Source of the DNA: Bacteroidota bacterium
GTDB taxonomy: Bacteria > Bacteroidota > Ignavibacteria > UBA10030
DNA length: 64,000 nucleotides
Direction: 5' to 3'
Assembly (NCBI GenBank): GCA_026416125.1
Contig: JAOAFT010000004.1
Span: 70,448-134,447 of the forward strand
Positions within the stretch are counted from its first letter, which is position 1. Every line of letters begins with the position of its first letter. Below are positions 21,285-31,662 of this stretch, piece by piece. Under the pieces are notes generated by a model, which saw only the letters and a program-made list of their open reading frames with translations, searched no databases and was not told the origin of the DNA. Position numbers and translations under genes: made by a program.

Positions 21285-22682
21285 ATGGCGATTCAAAGTT
21301 TAAGTCATGAAGAAAAAATACGGCGTGTTTCTGCTCTTCTTCGACAAGTTGATGAAGATGTGAAGGAGAAGAGGTACGAACAAGCGCTTGATAAAATCCG
21401 CCAAGTCTATGAATACGACATTAAGAACATTTATGCACGTGCGTACGAGGAGCGCATTCTCATCCTTATGATGGAACGCGACAGGGAACAAATGTTAAAA
21501 GAGGCAGAAAAGAAGGCTGAAGAAAAAATTGATGCAGAAGTAAAACGACGGTTGAAAGAATTCTATAAACTCCAGGAAATTGAAGCAGAAAAGCGAAGAG
21601 CAGCTGAACAAAAAGAACAGGTGTTAGAAGAGCGAGCACGACAAGCCTCTGTGAGTGAAGTGAAACAAGAAACAACCAGAGATCTGACAACGATTGAGAA
21701 AGAAGCATTAAAACGGATTGAAGAATTAGAAAAACGTCTTCAAACAGCGCTCCAATCGCAAACGACCTCAGTCGATGCTACGACAGTACAAAAAATGAAA
21801 GAGGAGTATGAAGCAAAGCTCCTCCAGTACAAAAAACAATTCGAAGAAGCTGAAGCGGAACGAAAAAAAATTCAAGAGGAAGCATTTGCTCGAATGCGAG
21901 AAGAACAACAGCGGGCACAAGAACAATTAGTCCAGAAATTTGAGGAGGAACGACGATTGCTCATCGAACGTGAGCGAGAGAAAGAGAAACAACGAGCTCT
22001 CGATGCCTATCGTTCCGTGATGATGCTAATGATGGAGCTTGCTGTTCCTGGTGAGGTACAGTCGTCAATACTCCAATCGTTGAAAATTTCTTTTAATATT
22101 ACTGATACTGAACACATGGCTGTGGAACGAGAAGTACAGGTGCGTTCCTATATTGAAACAGTGCGTACCTTGTACCAAGCTCAGGTTCAAACGGAAGAAG
22201 ATTTCGAACATCTAAAGAACTTGCGACAACTCTTTCGCATTTCCGATGATGAACATGTAGCAATTGTGAAGAGAGTTAAGAAAGAACTTGGATTACCTGA
22301 TGAAACCGCAGTCATTGTTGCTATTGATGATGATCCAGCAATTCGAAAATATATTGAACATATACTCAAACGAACATACAAAACAGTTATAACTGCTATT
22401 AACGCAGAAAGTATCGTTTCAGAGCTTCCAAAACTCCAACCGTCGCTAATTATTAGTGATGTTAACCTTGGTGTTGGAGTCATGAGTGGTTTTACATTTT
22501 TTGAAAAGGTACGAAATGGTGAATTTGGTGACTCTCTCAAAGCACTTCCACTCATATTGATCAGTTCCATGGAAGACGAATTCTTTATTCGGAGTGCTCG
22601 GCAACTAGGAGTAAAGACGTACCTTACAAAGCCATTCACAAAAGAGCAGCTTGAAAGTGCTGTTAAGGATGCACTCGCGTAA
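21285..22682 (+). CDS. Coiled-coil protein with tandem helical repeats and C-terminal receiver domain
   Basis: Glu/Lys/Arg-rich coiled coil. Receiver motifs VAIDDD, IISDVNL, LISS, YLTKPF. Confidence 0.85.
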   Translation: MAIQSLSHEEKIRRVSALLRQVDEDVKEKRYEQALDKIRQVYEYDIKNIYARAYEERILILMMERDREQMLKEAEKKAEEKIDAEVKRRLKEFYKLQEIEAEKRRAAEQKEQVLEERARQASVSEVKQETTRDLTTIEKEALKRIEELEKRLQTALQSQTTSVDATTVQKMKEEYEAKLLQYKKQFEEAEAERKKIQEEAFARMREEQQRAQEQLVQKFEEERRLLIEREREKEKQRALDAYRSVMMLMMELAVPGEVQSSILQSLKISFNITDTEHMAVEREVQVRSYIETVRTLYQAQVQTEEDFEHLKNLRQLFRISDDEHVAIVKRVKKELGLPDETAVIVAIDDDPAIRKYIEHILKRTYKTVITAINAESIVSELPKLQPSLIISDVNLGVGVMSGFTFFEKVRNGEFGDSLKALPLILISSMEDEFFIRSARQLGVKTYLTKPFTKEQLESAVKDALA

Positions 22683-22683
22683 A

Positions 22684-24818
22684 TTATGGAAGCTGTAACA
22701 ACCCCTCCCACCGCACGTTCCATGTACCGTCTTTAGGAAATCCAGGAGCTTCGATTGTACATCCCTCGTATCCAGCACACATCATTGCAACAGCTGTAAG
22801 GAGCGCACCATTGCCCGGGAGGTAGACGCGCAAGCGTGAATCCTGGTAATTATGCCCGTTCTTGAGAAAATGATTTTTCCCACTGTTCCGGAGAAGTATC
22901 TCTATGGCGAGATGTGGGAGATGAAGACGTGTTGCAGTCATTGCAGCAAGTGGAAAATCCCAACCCCAGGTGCGCTCCCAATCCCATTCTTCAAGAATGC
23001 GGAGGAGTGTACGCTTCATCGTGAAAGTATCAACCATTCCTGTGTTAGGGAGCATGCCATACATTCCGAGTACCATTGGGTGATCGTGCATAAATTTGGA
23101 CGAGTATGAGTCGAACCGATTTTCTGCAAAAAGGTAATATCCGTTATACGTTTGTGGGCGTGAGAGGTAGTGAACAACGGAATCCCAGAGAGGTACAGAC
23201 GGGAGTAAAAGACTTTTTCGCCATTCTTGAGCAATGTGAAGACCATACTTCCAGTAGGCAAGTTCAAAAGGTGGATTGTACGTTGCTTCTGCGGGAAAGC
23301 ATTCCTGAGCAGGAATGAGCGGCGGACCTAATATAAAACGGTGTTGTGTAGAATCGAAGGTGGCAAAGGTGGCCATAAAGTCAGCTGTTTCAAAAATAAG
23401 CGGTGCATACTTGGAGAGTATAAGTGTATCTAATTTCTTCTTTGTGAGGAGTTTGGTAATATATATGATATGAGGTTGTTGCCAGATGAGGAACGCTCCA
23501 ATGCTCGATGGACTATCCATCCCAGTAGGGGAGGTCATCTTTTGCCATCGAACTCCCATACAACCGTGTCGTTGGGCTGTTTCACGGGCGTATTTTCTAA
23601 ATTGAAAGTAACAACTAAGCATACGTTCAAGATATTCACTTCTATTCCATAGGATGTAGTGCACTCCATGCCACCACATCATTTCAAGGTGAAATTTCCC
23701 GTACCAACTGTTGTAGGTTAAGCCAGTTTCTTGGGGAGGATATAACCCTGCACATTGTACTCGTGTGAGGTATTGGGAAAGTACAATGCGGCGTTCCAAT
23801 TCCAGTGCTCGTGGATCAGTACAGTGTGAAAGATCGATAGCACCACCGCTCTGCCAGAATGATTTCCAACTTTGGACATTTTGTTCATACACTGTTGTGT
23901 AAGGAAGAGTAACAAGTTCATTTGGTAGCGATTGTAAAAAGTGCGCGACGAACGAAAATGAAGTATTTTGTGTATGTGGTTGGAGTATGAACGTGTGCTG
24001 TGAATCGGGAACAATGCAAGCTGTGTCTGTCCATGTAAGCATGAGGTAGTACGTGAATGTATCGATTGAATGCACGAAAAGGGCACAATGGTCCGTTGCA
24101 GTAAGGAGTTGTGAAGTATGGAGTGAGTCAAAATTCCATGTGTAGCCAGGACTGGTATGCTCAAAGGATGGGTATGGGAAACGGAGAGAGACACGAATGC
24201 GACCCGTAGGTAAACACGATGATGTTATTGAACAAGCAACGGCATCGTATAAAGGATGAACACAGGTTTGCACGTGAATAGGTGTTCCATCAAAAGTGTA
24301 GGTGCTTTGGATTGTACCTTCCCATACTTGAAGTACTTGATGAATGTTTGCAATATCATAGCGCGTTGCCTTTCTACCCTGTTGAGTTCTAAAATCGAAC
24401 CCGAGTACACCGAGGTGGACTCGGTGAGGATTTGATCGGAAAAAGATTGTAGCATCTTTTTTCCGAGGAGGTGCATCCCACTGTACAGAGTAGGGTACAC
24501 TGCGGTTGTTAATTGTATAATATTGGTACGTTTCCTCAAGTGTAAAGTTATCGTTGTTAGGGAGAGAATGCCATCCCCAGTCGGAAAAGGTCCCGAGGCA
24601 GACACCGTTTTATAGTACTGTGGAAATGTTTGAAGACCGGTAGGGTCAACGGTAAAAGCGAATTTTCCATTTCCTACAGTTAGTGAGGATAATGAGTCAA
24701 AGGTTCTTACTATTACATTGTGCCGATGGACAACAGCATAACGATCGATAGGTTGAGCAAATGTTTTGACTATGATACAATAAGAGAGAAAAGTGTATAT
24801 TATGATGTACAATTTCAT
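22684..24818 (-). pseudogene. Secreted six-hairpin glycosidase-like protein (GH65/95-like), split by one frameshift at ~24608-24611
   Basis: N-terminal part (signal peptide, PIDRYAVVHRHN, LTVGNGKFAFTVD, TGLQTFP) joins the long downstream frame (GVCLGTFSDWGWHS...NPHRVHLG...GKFHLEM...WGWDFP...YLPGNG) if one A is added. The downstream frame is open from ~24609 to 22684. Confidence 0.8.
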
Positions 24819-24868
24819 ATCTCATTGAGAAGTAAAAGAAAAATTTACTAACATGAAAGGAGTTCGCC

Positions 24869-25330
24869 ATGGTTACAAAAGGAGACAAAGCCCCATCTTT
24901 TTCGCTCTACGACGCTGATCGGACAGAGCGATCGCTTCAAGAATTTACTGGTAAGAAAGTTGTGCTTGTTTTTTACCCAGGTGCGTTTACAAGTGTTTGC
25001 ACGAAAGAGCTATGTACATTCCGCGATACACTAGCGAAGTTCAATAAGTTGAATGCAGTGGTTCTGGGAATCAGTGTTGATAGTCCGTTTGCCAATAAAG
25101 CATTTGCAGATGCTAACAAGATAAATTTTCCATTGCTCAGTGATTATGAGCGAAAGGTTAGTGAACTGTACGGTGGAGTTCATAGAGATTTTGCAGGTTT
25201 AAAAGGGTATACAGCGGCAAAACGAGCTGTGTTTGTAATTGATGAACGTGGTGTAGTGGTGTACACGTGGGTAACAGAAAATCCTGCAAATGAACCACCA
25301 TACGATGAGGTAGAGCAGGCATTGCACTAA
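24869..25330 (+). CDS. Peroxiredoxin (AhpC/TSA family)
   Basis: FYPGAFTSVCTKELC, GISVDSPF, KRAVFVID. Confidence 0.92.
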   Translation: MVTKGDKAPSFSLYDADRTERSLQEFTGKKVVLVFYPGAFTSVCTKELCTFRDTLAKFNKLNAVVLGISVDSPFANKAFADANKINFPLLSDYERKVSELYGGVHRDFAGLKGYTAAKRAVFVIDERGVVVYTWVTENPANEPPYDEVEQALH

Positions 25331-25363
25331 AGAGCCACTCAATTAGTGGAATGGAGTATAGCT

Positions 25364-25816
25364 ATGCTTAGTGTTGGTGATCGTGCACCAGACTTTACAT
25401 TACCAGCGGTCGATGGGTCCATGTTTTCATTAAAGGAGCACCGTGGGAAAAAAGTGGTCCTGTATTTCTATCCAAAGGATAATACACCAGGTTGTACAAA
25501 AGAAGCTTGTTCGTTTCGGGATACCCATGCTACAATAGCAAAGAGAAATGCAATTGTTGTTGGGATAAGTGCTGATAGTAATGAATCCCATAAAAGGTTT
25601 GCTGAGAAGTATCAACTTCCATTTCTCCTTCTAAGCGATGCAGGGAAAGAAGTTGTCCGACTGTATGGTGTGTGGAAGCAAAAGAGGCTGTACGGGAAAA
25701 CTACATATGGAATCGAGCGCACAACGTTTATTATCGATGAAGATGGCATTATTAAAGGTATATTTCGAAAAGTGGACGTGGAAAACCACATTCAAGAAGT
25801 GTTGAGCGTTCTATGA
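25364..25816 (+). CDS. bcp: Thioredoxin-dependent thiol peroxidase (BCP/PrxQ)
   Basis: [30 protein letters not shown]. Confidence 0.93.
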   Translation: MLSVGDRAPDFTLPAVDGSMFSLKEHRGKKVVLYFYPKDNTPGCTKEACSFRDTHATIAKRNAIVVGISADSNESHKRFAEKYQLPFLLLSDAGKEVVRLYGVWKQKRLYGKTTYGIERTTFIIDEDGIIKGIFRKVDVENHIQEVLSVL

Positions 25817-25954
25817 ACGTTTATTACACGTTCCCCCTAATATTTTAGGTGCGAAAAAGAGGTTCTTGAACGTGAGCATTGAAACCAGTCTTGTAGTTTT
25901 GAAGAAAGTACCTGAAATTGCTTTCGAAGTGGATAATTTAACAGGAGAAGTACG

Positions 25955-26521
25955 GTGGTCAACGAACGAAACGTTCAAGAACTCATTCGACAGTTACTTA
26001 TAGAACTTGGAGAAAACCCACAGCGCGAAGGGTTGCACCGAACACCGGTGCGTGTTGCTTCGCTTTACAGTTATCTCCTCAGCGGATATGATTTAAGTCC
26101 CGATGAAGCAATCAATGGAGCTGTTTTTGAAGAGCAATACAGCGAAATGGTTATTGTGAAAGATATAGAATTCTACTCGCTGTGTGAACACCACCTCATA
26201 CCATTTTTTGGGAAGGCGCACATTGCATACATTCCGAATGGGAGAATCATTGGTTTAAGTAAAGTACCACGGATTGTTGATATTTTTGCCAAACGTCTTC
26301 AAGTTCAAGAACGAATGACACAACAGATTGCAGATACGCTCGAAAAACATTTGCAACCTATAGGTGTTGCTGTCGTGCTCGAAGCATACCACCTGTGTAT
26401 GATGATGAGGGGAGTGCAAAAGTCTGAGTCAGTAGCTGTAACTAGTGCAATGCTCGGTGCATTTCGAAACGATGTGAAGACGAGAAACGAGTTCCTCACT
26501 TTAATTCAACGATCATTGTAA
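25955..26521 (+). CDS. folE: GTP cyclohydrolase I
   Basis: [39 protein letters not shown]. Confidence 0.97.
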   Translation: MVNERNVQELIRQLLIELGENPQREGLHRTPVRVASLYSYLLSGYDLSPDEAINGAVFEEQYSEMVIVKDIEFYSLCEHHLIPFFGKAHIAYIPNGRIIGLSKVPRIVDIFAKRLQVQERMTQQIADTLEKHLQPIGVAVVLEAYHLCMMMRGVQKSESVAVTSAMLGAFRNDVKTRNEFLTLIQRSL

Positions 26522-26565
26522 CCACTGTATCCTTGTGGGTAGAAACATCATTGTGGTATGGGATA

Positions 26566-27519
26566 CTACGAATTTAATTGTGCATATGTTTGTTTGAGTT
26601 TCTCAGCAGACTTTCGGAACCCTTCCTCCTCTTCGTAACTCATTGGAAGTGTGAGTACTTCTTCAATCCCATTTGAACCGACAACACATGGTAGGCTCAG
26701 GCACATATCCGTGACTCCGTACTGTCCTGTCATAAGAGTTGAAACAGAGAGAACAGACCGATAATTTCCAAGAATCGCTTCGACAATAGAAAGTAACCCT
26801 AATCCTATTGCATAATAGGTAGCACCTTTCCGTTTGATTATTTCATATGCCGCATCTCGTACATTGACAAAGAGAGTATCCATATCAGCTTGGTTGTACT
26901 TTTTATTTTGAAGGGGTGCGAAATCGCGAAGGCGTACTCCACCGATGTTTGCCAAACTCCAGAGTGGGATTTCACTATCACCATGTTCACCGACAATGTA
27001 TGCATGCACACTTCGTGGATCGACACCATAGTACTGTCCGAGAAGAAATCGGAACCGTGAGGTATCGAGAATAGTTCCAGAACCGATAACTTTTGTTGGT
27101 GGGAGTTTGGACTCCTTGAGCGCTATGTATGTAAGGATGTCAACTGGGTTTGAAGCAATAAGAATGATACCATCGGGATTGTATTTCACAACCTCGGGTA
27201 TGATCGATTTCATGATAGTTGCATTTCGACTTAGGAGGTCTAATCGGGTTTCACCAGGGCGTTGAGCAGTTCCCGCTGTGATAACGACGACGTTAGCACC
27301 AGCTAGGTCTGCATAATTCCCAGCTATAATACGCATGGGCTTTGTGAACGAAAGACCATGATTCAAATCCATCATTTCGCCGATTGCTCTCTCTACGACA
27401 TCGTTGATGAGTACGAGATCAGTTGCAATGCCGCGTTGCATGAGAGCGTAGGCAAACGATGAACCAACCATGCCAGTACCGACAATGCCTACTTTTCTCA
27501 ATGACCGTTGTTCAAACAT
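26566..27519 (-). CDS. ldh: L-lactate dehydrogenase
   Basis: GTGMVG, AQRPGETRLDL (Gln specificity residue, not the MDH Arg), ASNPVD, LDTSRFR, GEHGDS. Confidence 0.93.
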   Translation of the reverse strand: MFEQRSLRKVGIVGTGMVGSSFAYALMQRGIATDLVLINDVVERAIGEMMDLNHGLSFTKPMRIIAGNYADLAGANVVVITAGTAQRPGETRLDLLSRNATIMKSIIPEVVKYNPDGIILIASNPVDILTYIALKESKLPPTKVIGSGTILDTSRFRFLLGQYYGVDPRSVHAYIVGEHGDSEIPLWSLANIGGVRLRDFAPLQNKKYNQADMDTLFVNVRDAAYEIIKRKGATYYAIGLGLLSIVEAILGNYRSVLSVSTLMTGQYGVTDMCLSLPCVVGSNGIEEVLTLPMSYEEEEGFRKSAEKLKQTYAQLNS

Positions 27520-27546
27520 ACACACCTCTCTTTCAAGTATCTTTTC

Positions 27547-28725
27547 CTACTGGTCGATAAATATGGTATTCATCTTTTCAACGGGGAACTCGTTTTCAGG
27601 ATATACAACCTCTGGGTTTAAGTATCGTGTGGAACCATCAATTTCTTCGTATGCGATAAATGGGGCTAAGTCCCCAATATCCATAATTTTTGCTGTACTG
27701 TGTATAGAATTTGTGTGAACACCCGATGAACGATTGATGTTGATCCCAACATCGACACGAACTGGCTCTATTCCTTTTTGTGGTGAGTAAAGTGCATTTC
27801 GTACTATATAGTCGAATCCATATTCGGCATTGAAAGGAAGCGAGTCATACACATCGCTCGTGTAGTGTGTATATTCCTTTTGTGCGATAGCATAGAGAGA
27901 AGTTAAGAGTACAATTGTATTCATTTTTCGGATAAAAAATTTATTGGGGTCATTTTTCCATCCACCAGATTCTATAAGTAAGATGCTGGTTCCCCACCGC
28001 TGGATGCTTTCGCCAAATGCACGAGGTTCATAAAAATCGTTCCAACGGGCAACATGTCCCGGAATAAAGTGGTGAGCTACAGTTGCAATGAGCGAAGCGA
28101 GTTGCTTTGCTCGTAACCGCGATGTCGTATCGGAATTAATCTCGTCAACTGCAGGTGCAAGGAGAGCAAGAGCAGTGAACTTTTTTGTAGATCCAACTGT
28201 CAAACGAGGATTCTGGTCATGGAGGTTAAAACAAAATTCTGGTTTCAATGTCTCATAGAGGTATTTAAGAGTTCGTGCTTCAGGTGTTTTGAGCGTTTGT
28301 GCATCGCGATTCATGTCGATGTGGTAGGCAGTTCGTCGTTGAAATCGTTCGGCACCATCGGGATTGAGCATTGGTAGAAAGTGAATTGTTAACTGCTCAC
28401 GGAGGTACTGCGCAATAGGAGATTGGTTCTTCGTATTGAACCATCCAATCATGTCGAGAAGAGCCATAGTTGCTGTTGGTTCATCACCGTGCATTTGTGA
28501 CCAAAGGAGTACAGTAGTTGGACCAGATCCAAGTGAGTAAAGCATTAGTGGGCGACCTTCGGTTGACGTTCCCACACATTGCGAACGATATAGTCCTCTC
28601 TCTCCCATCGGTTTGATCCACTGAAGCATCTCACGTTGGGTAAAATGAGGCGTTGAAATAGCACTGAGAAAAAATGATGGGTACGAAGTAAAGAGTTCGT
28701 GCGCAAATGTATGAAGTGGGACCAT
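27547..28725 (-). CDS. M14-family zinc carboxypeptidase
   Basis: QMHGDE, LNPDG, DMNRD, NLHDQ, LLIESG. Confidence 0.88.
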   Translation of the reverse strand: MVPLHTFAHELFTSYPSFFLSAISTPHFTQREMLQWIKPMGERGLYRSQCVGTSTEGRPLMLYSLGSGPTTVLLWSQMHGDEPTATMALLDMIGWFNTKNQSPIAQYLREQLTIHFLPMLNPDGAERFQRRTAYHIDMNRDAQTLKTPEARTLKYLYETLKPEFCFNLHDQNPRLTVGSTKKFTALALLAPAVDEINSDTTSRLRAKQLASLIATVAHHFIPGHVARWNDFYEPRAFGESIQRWGTSILLIESGGWKNDPNKFFIRKMNTIVLLTSLYAIAQKEYTHYTSDVYDSLPFNAEYGFDYIVRNALYSPQKGIEPVRVDVGININRSSGVHTNSIHSTAKIMDIGDLAPFIAYEEIDGSTRYLNPEVVYPENEFPVEKMNTIFIDQ

Positions 28726-28858
28726 ACAATTTTACTATGAATTCTATCTCATACGAAGATACAACTTTCTTTTTTAATTGGCATACTGTACCTGTACAAT
28801 GCAGTTCCTTGCTCCTCAGAGCTTTTTTTGCTACCATTTTTATAAGTAAAGTAGATCG

Positions 28859-29506
28859 ATGTCAAGCAAGAATAAACAGAGAAACAAAGAGACTAATCCA
28901 TTTACTCCGGTATGTGGACAACGTGAAGAAAATCGATATAGCGATAGAACCATCATACGTTCTGCGAAGAACGGAGATGAAAAAGCATTCCTTGTCTTGA
29001 AACAAAAGTACGCGGAGCCGCTTTATAAATTCCTTGCTCGTATCATAAAGCAACGAGAAGAACTCGACGATCTTGTCCAAGAGTCGTTTATAAAAGCTTT
29101 TACGTCGATCCAACAATTCAATGAAGAATATGCATTTTCCACATGGCTGTTCAAAATAGCGACGAACACAACTATTGATTTCCTTCGAAAGAAAAAAATT
29201 CCTACGATATCAATCAATAGTACTCTTGAAACAGAAGAAGATGAGTACTCATTTCAACTCCCCGATAAGGAACCAATACCTGATCAGCAGTTAATTGCAC
29301 ACCAACGTTCCAGTGTTCTTATGGAAGCGATTGAAGCGTTGCCGCCTAAGTATCGAAAAGTAATTATACTACGTCATGTGGAAGAGATGGAATACACTGA
29401 AATTGCAAAAGTATTGAAAATTCCACTTAGTACTATCAAAGCACATATTTTTCGTGCTAGAGAAATGCTCTATAAACAACTTAAACATAAGTTACGGCAG
29501 TACTGA
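28859..29506 (+). CDS. ECF RNA polymerase sigma factor
   Basis: DLVQESFIKAF, FSTWLFKIATN, region 4 EYTEIA...TIKAHIFRAR. Confidence 0.93.
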   Translation: MSSKNKQRNKETNPFTPVCGQREENRYSDRTIIRSAKNGDEKAFLVLKQKYAEPLYKFLARIIKQREELDDLVQESFIKAFTSIQQFNEEYAFSTWLFKIATNTTIDFLRKKKIPTISINSTLETEEDEYSFQLPDKEPIPDQQLIAHQRSSVLMEAIEALPPKYRKVIILRHVEEMEYTEIAKVLKIPLSTIKAHIFRAREMLYKQLKHKLRQY

Positions 29507-29567
29507 GTGTAACTTTACCAGACGTACTCTCGTAAGTACGGTAGTGCATGCTATGTGAAAGTATGGT

Positions 29568-30428
29568 ATGAAGTATGGGTATTTCCTCTCAGCAGCTATT
29601 ATTTTTGTCGGTTGGAATCAGCTCTTTGCACTCATTGAAAGTCGACATCGTGAGTATCCACACACGAGAGAAGAACAACTTCGGGTTGAAGTAGAGCTAT
29701 CGTTTGGGGAAGTACAAATTCTAAAAGGGGGGAATCAGAGAGTCGCAATTATCGATTATGAAGAGTACGGAAAAGAATCCCAGAAATTTCAGATGTCCTA
29801 TCAGCTTGAAGGAACAAAAGGAGTTCTTCGGATCACTCTAAAGGACAACGTAGGCTTATTTACTACAAGTAACGAAGAACGGAAAAATTACAGAAAATTG
29901 ACACTCTGCATTACTGACCGTATTCCTGTTGAGATGGACGTAGCGATAGGTGCAGGGAAGTGTTCACTGAATCTTTCGTACATTTTACTTGAAACACTGA
30001 AGTTGAGTACAGGAGCCAGTACAGTGGAACTATGGTCGGAAGTTCCAAATAAAGTGACAGCCCGAATAATAACGATCGAAAGTGGAGTCGGGAAATTCAC
30101 AGGCCGTAATCTTGCAAATCTCAATTTTCAAGAATTGAATTTTGAAGGGGGGGTTGGTGCCTATACACTCGATTTCGATGGAGCGTTGAAACAGTATGGT
30201 AAGGTGAACATTGAAGTTGGTATAGGATCGGTAACTCTATATATCCCGACACGAATCCAAGCCAAAATCAAGCGGGATGGGAACTGGCTCTCGGGGTTTC
30301 GAATAAGTAATGATTTTGAAAAGCACTCCCGCGGTCACTACCAATCAAAAAACTTTGTCGATACTATTCCGCATATCGATATCAAAGTTGAATCTGGTAT
30401 CGGCAGTGTGAGCATTAAGCAAAAATAG
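29568..30428 (+). CDS. Exported beta-strand-repeat protein (LiaF/DUF4097/toast-rack-like)
   Basis: Signal-like N-terminus. Repeated G-x-G turns (IGAG, SGVG, GGVG, VGIG, SGIG). Confidence 0.6.
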   Translation: MKYGYFLSAAIIFVGWNQLFALIESRHREYPHTREEQLRVEVELSFGEVQILKGGNQRVAIIDYEEYGKESQKFQMSYQLEGTKGVLRITLKDNVGLFTTSNEERKNYRKLTLCITDRIPVEMDVAIGAGKCSLNLSYILLETLKLSTGASTVELWSEVPNKVTARIITIESGVGKFTGRNLANLNFQELNFEGGVGAYTLDFDGALKQYGKVNIEVGIGSVTLYIPTRIQAKIKRDGNWLSGFRISNDFEKHSRGHYQSKNFVDTIPHIDIKVESGIGSVSIKQK

Positions 30429-30492
30429 ATTTTAAACTCCCTACCCCTATAATTTTATTGCGTTTTAGTGAGAACTCCAATAACTTGTACCT

Positions 30493-31572
30493 ATGAATAT
30501 CAAATTAGAAGATTTAGGATATACAGAAGAAGTAGCAAAGTGTGCTGAACCTTACCACGCTGGTGGGTATACAATTGCCCGTGTTACGCAAATGGTAAAG
30601 CAGCGGTATCTTGTCCGTACGGAGGCACTCGAAATTCCCGCAGAAGTTTCGGGTCGTTTTATGTTTACTTCCCGTACGCGGGAGGAATATCCTGTGGTAG
30701 GTGATTGGGTTGCTGTCACACTCCATGATCAGGATACACACGCTGTTATCCATCATGTTTTACCTCGTCGAACAGTTCTCCAACGACGTGCTCCAGGGAA
30801 ACGGATCGAAAATCAAATTATTGCCACCAATGTTGATGCTGTCTTTATTATTTTCCCTCTTAATCAATCGTGGACACCTCACGCACTTGAACGGTATCTT
30901 ATTCTTGTGCGGCAGAGTGGTGCACAACCGTACGTTTTCCTAAGCAAACGAGATGTTTGTACAGACGACCATGTACGAGATGTTCTTGGTCGAATAAGTA
31001 CTGTATGTGCCAATGAAACCGTCTCTGCATACTCACTCTACGACGCTGCGGATATTCACTACATTGCTTCGTTCATTCATCGAGGAACAACATTTTGCCT
31101 CATTGGCCCATCGGGCGCGGGAAAGTCTTCTCTGATTAATGCGCTTGTGGGGAAAGAAGTTCTCCCAACAGGTGAAGTCCGTGAGTACGATGCCAAAGGT
31201 CGACATATCACTACGAAACGTCAATTGGTAGTCCTTGAGAAGGGGGGCGTTCTCATCGATACACCAGGAATGCGAGAAGTTGGGCTGTGGCAAGCAGAGG
31301 ATGGTCTTTGGGAAACATTTGATGATATACTTGAAATTGGAACAGCTTGCAAGTTTAGAGACTGTACTCACACACATGAACCACAGTGTGCCGTACGGAA
31401 AGCAGTAGAAGAGAAAATATTAGCCGAAGATCGGTACAATAGTTACATTCGCTACTACCAGGAGCTCCATGAGCTGGCTACTCACCTCAATCCAAAAGAA
31501 CTGAAAGAACGCCGTGAATTAGAACAGCGGAGAAGTAAGCAGGAAAAAATTTTGAAGCTTAAAAAACGATAG
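30493..31572 (+). CDS. rsgA: Ribosome small subunit-dependent GTPase A
   Basis: PVVGDWV, GPSGAGKSSLIN, GRHITT, IDTPGMRE, zinc finger CKFRDCTHTHEPQC. Confidence 0.95.
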   Translation: MNIKLEDLGYTEEVAKCAEPYHAGGYTIARVTQMVKQRYLVRTEALEIPAEVSGRFMFTSRTREEYPVVGDWVAVTLHDQDTHAVIHHVLPRRTVLQRRAPGKRIENQIIATNVDAVFIIFPLNQSWTPHALERYLILVRQSGAQPYVFLSKRDVCTDDHVRDVLGRISTVCANETVSAYSLYDAADIHYIASFIHRGTTFCLIGPSGAGKSSLINALVGKEVLPTGEVREYDAKGRHITTKRQLVVLEKGGVLIDTPGMREVGLWQAEDGLWETFDDILEIGTACKFRDCTHTHEPQCAVRKAVEEKILAEDRYNSYIRYYQELHELATHLNPKELKERRELEQRRSKQEKILKLKKR

Positions 31573-31662
31573 AGCAGAAAGAGCCGATAGTACTATAGCT
31601 CACACTGTACAGGTATGAAAAAACCTGTATACTTCTACGAGCAAAGGACTGAGGTGCATTGT

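Noticed and set aside
22187-22723. 178-aa antisense ORF (also 48209-48751, 50876-51403 and similar)
   Set aside because: Shadow ORFs opposite well-supported genes, with no motifs or RBS.
24225-24600. C-terminal part of ORF 24225-24818 as a separate protein, or a programmed frameshift
   Set aside because: It is out-of-frame read-through after the 1-nt lesion, and there is no slippery site.
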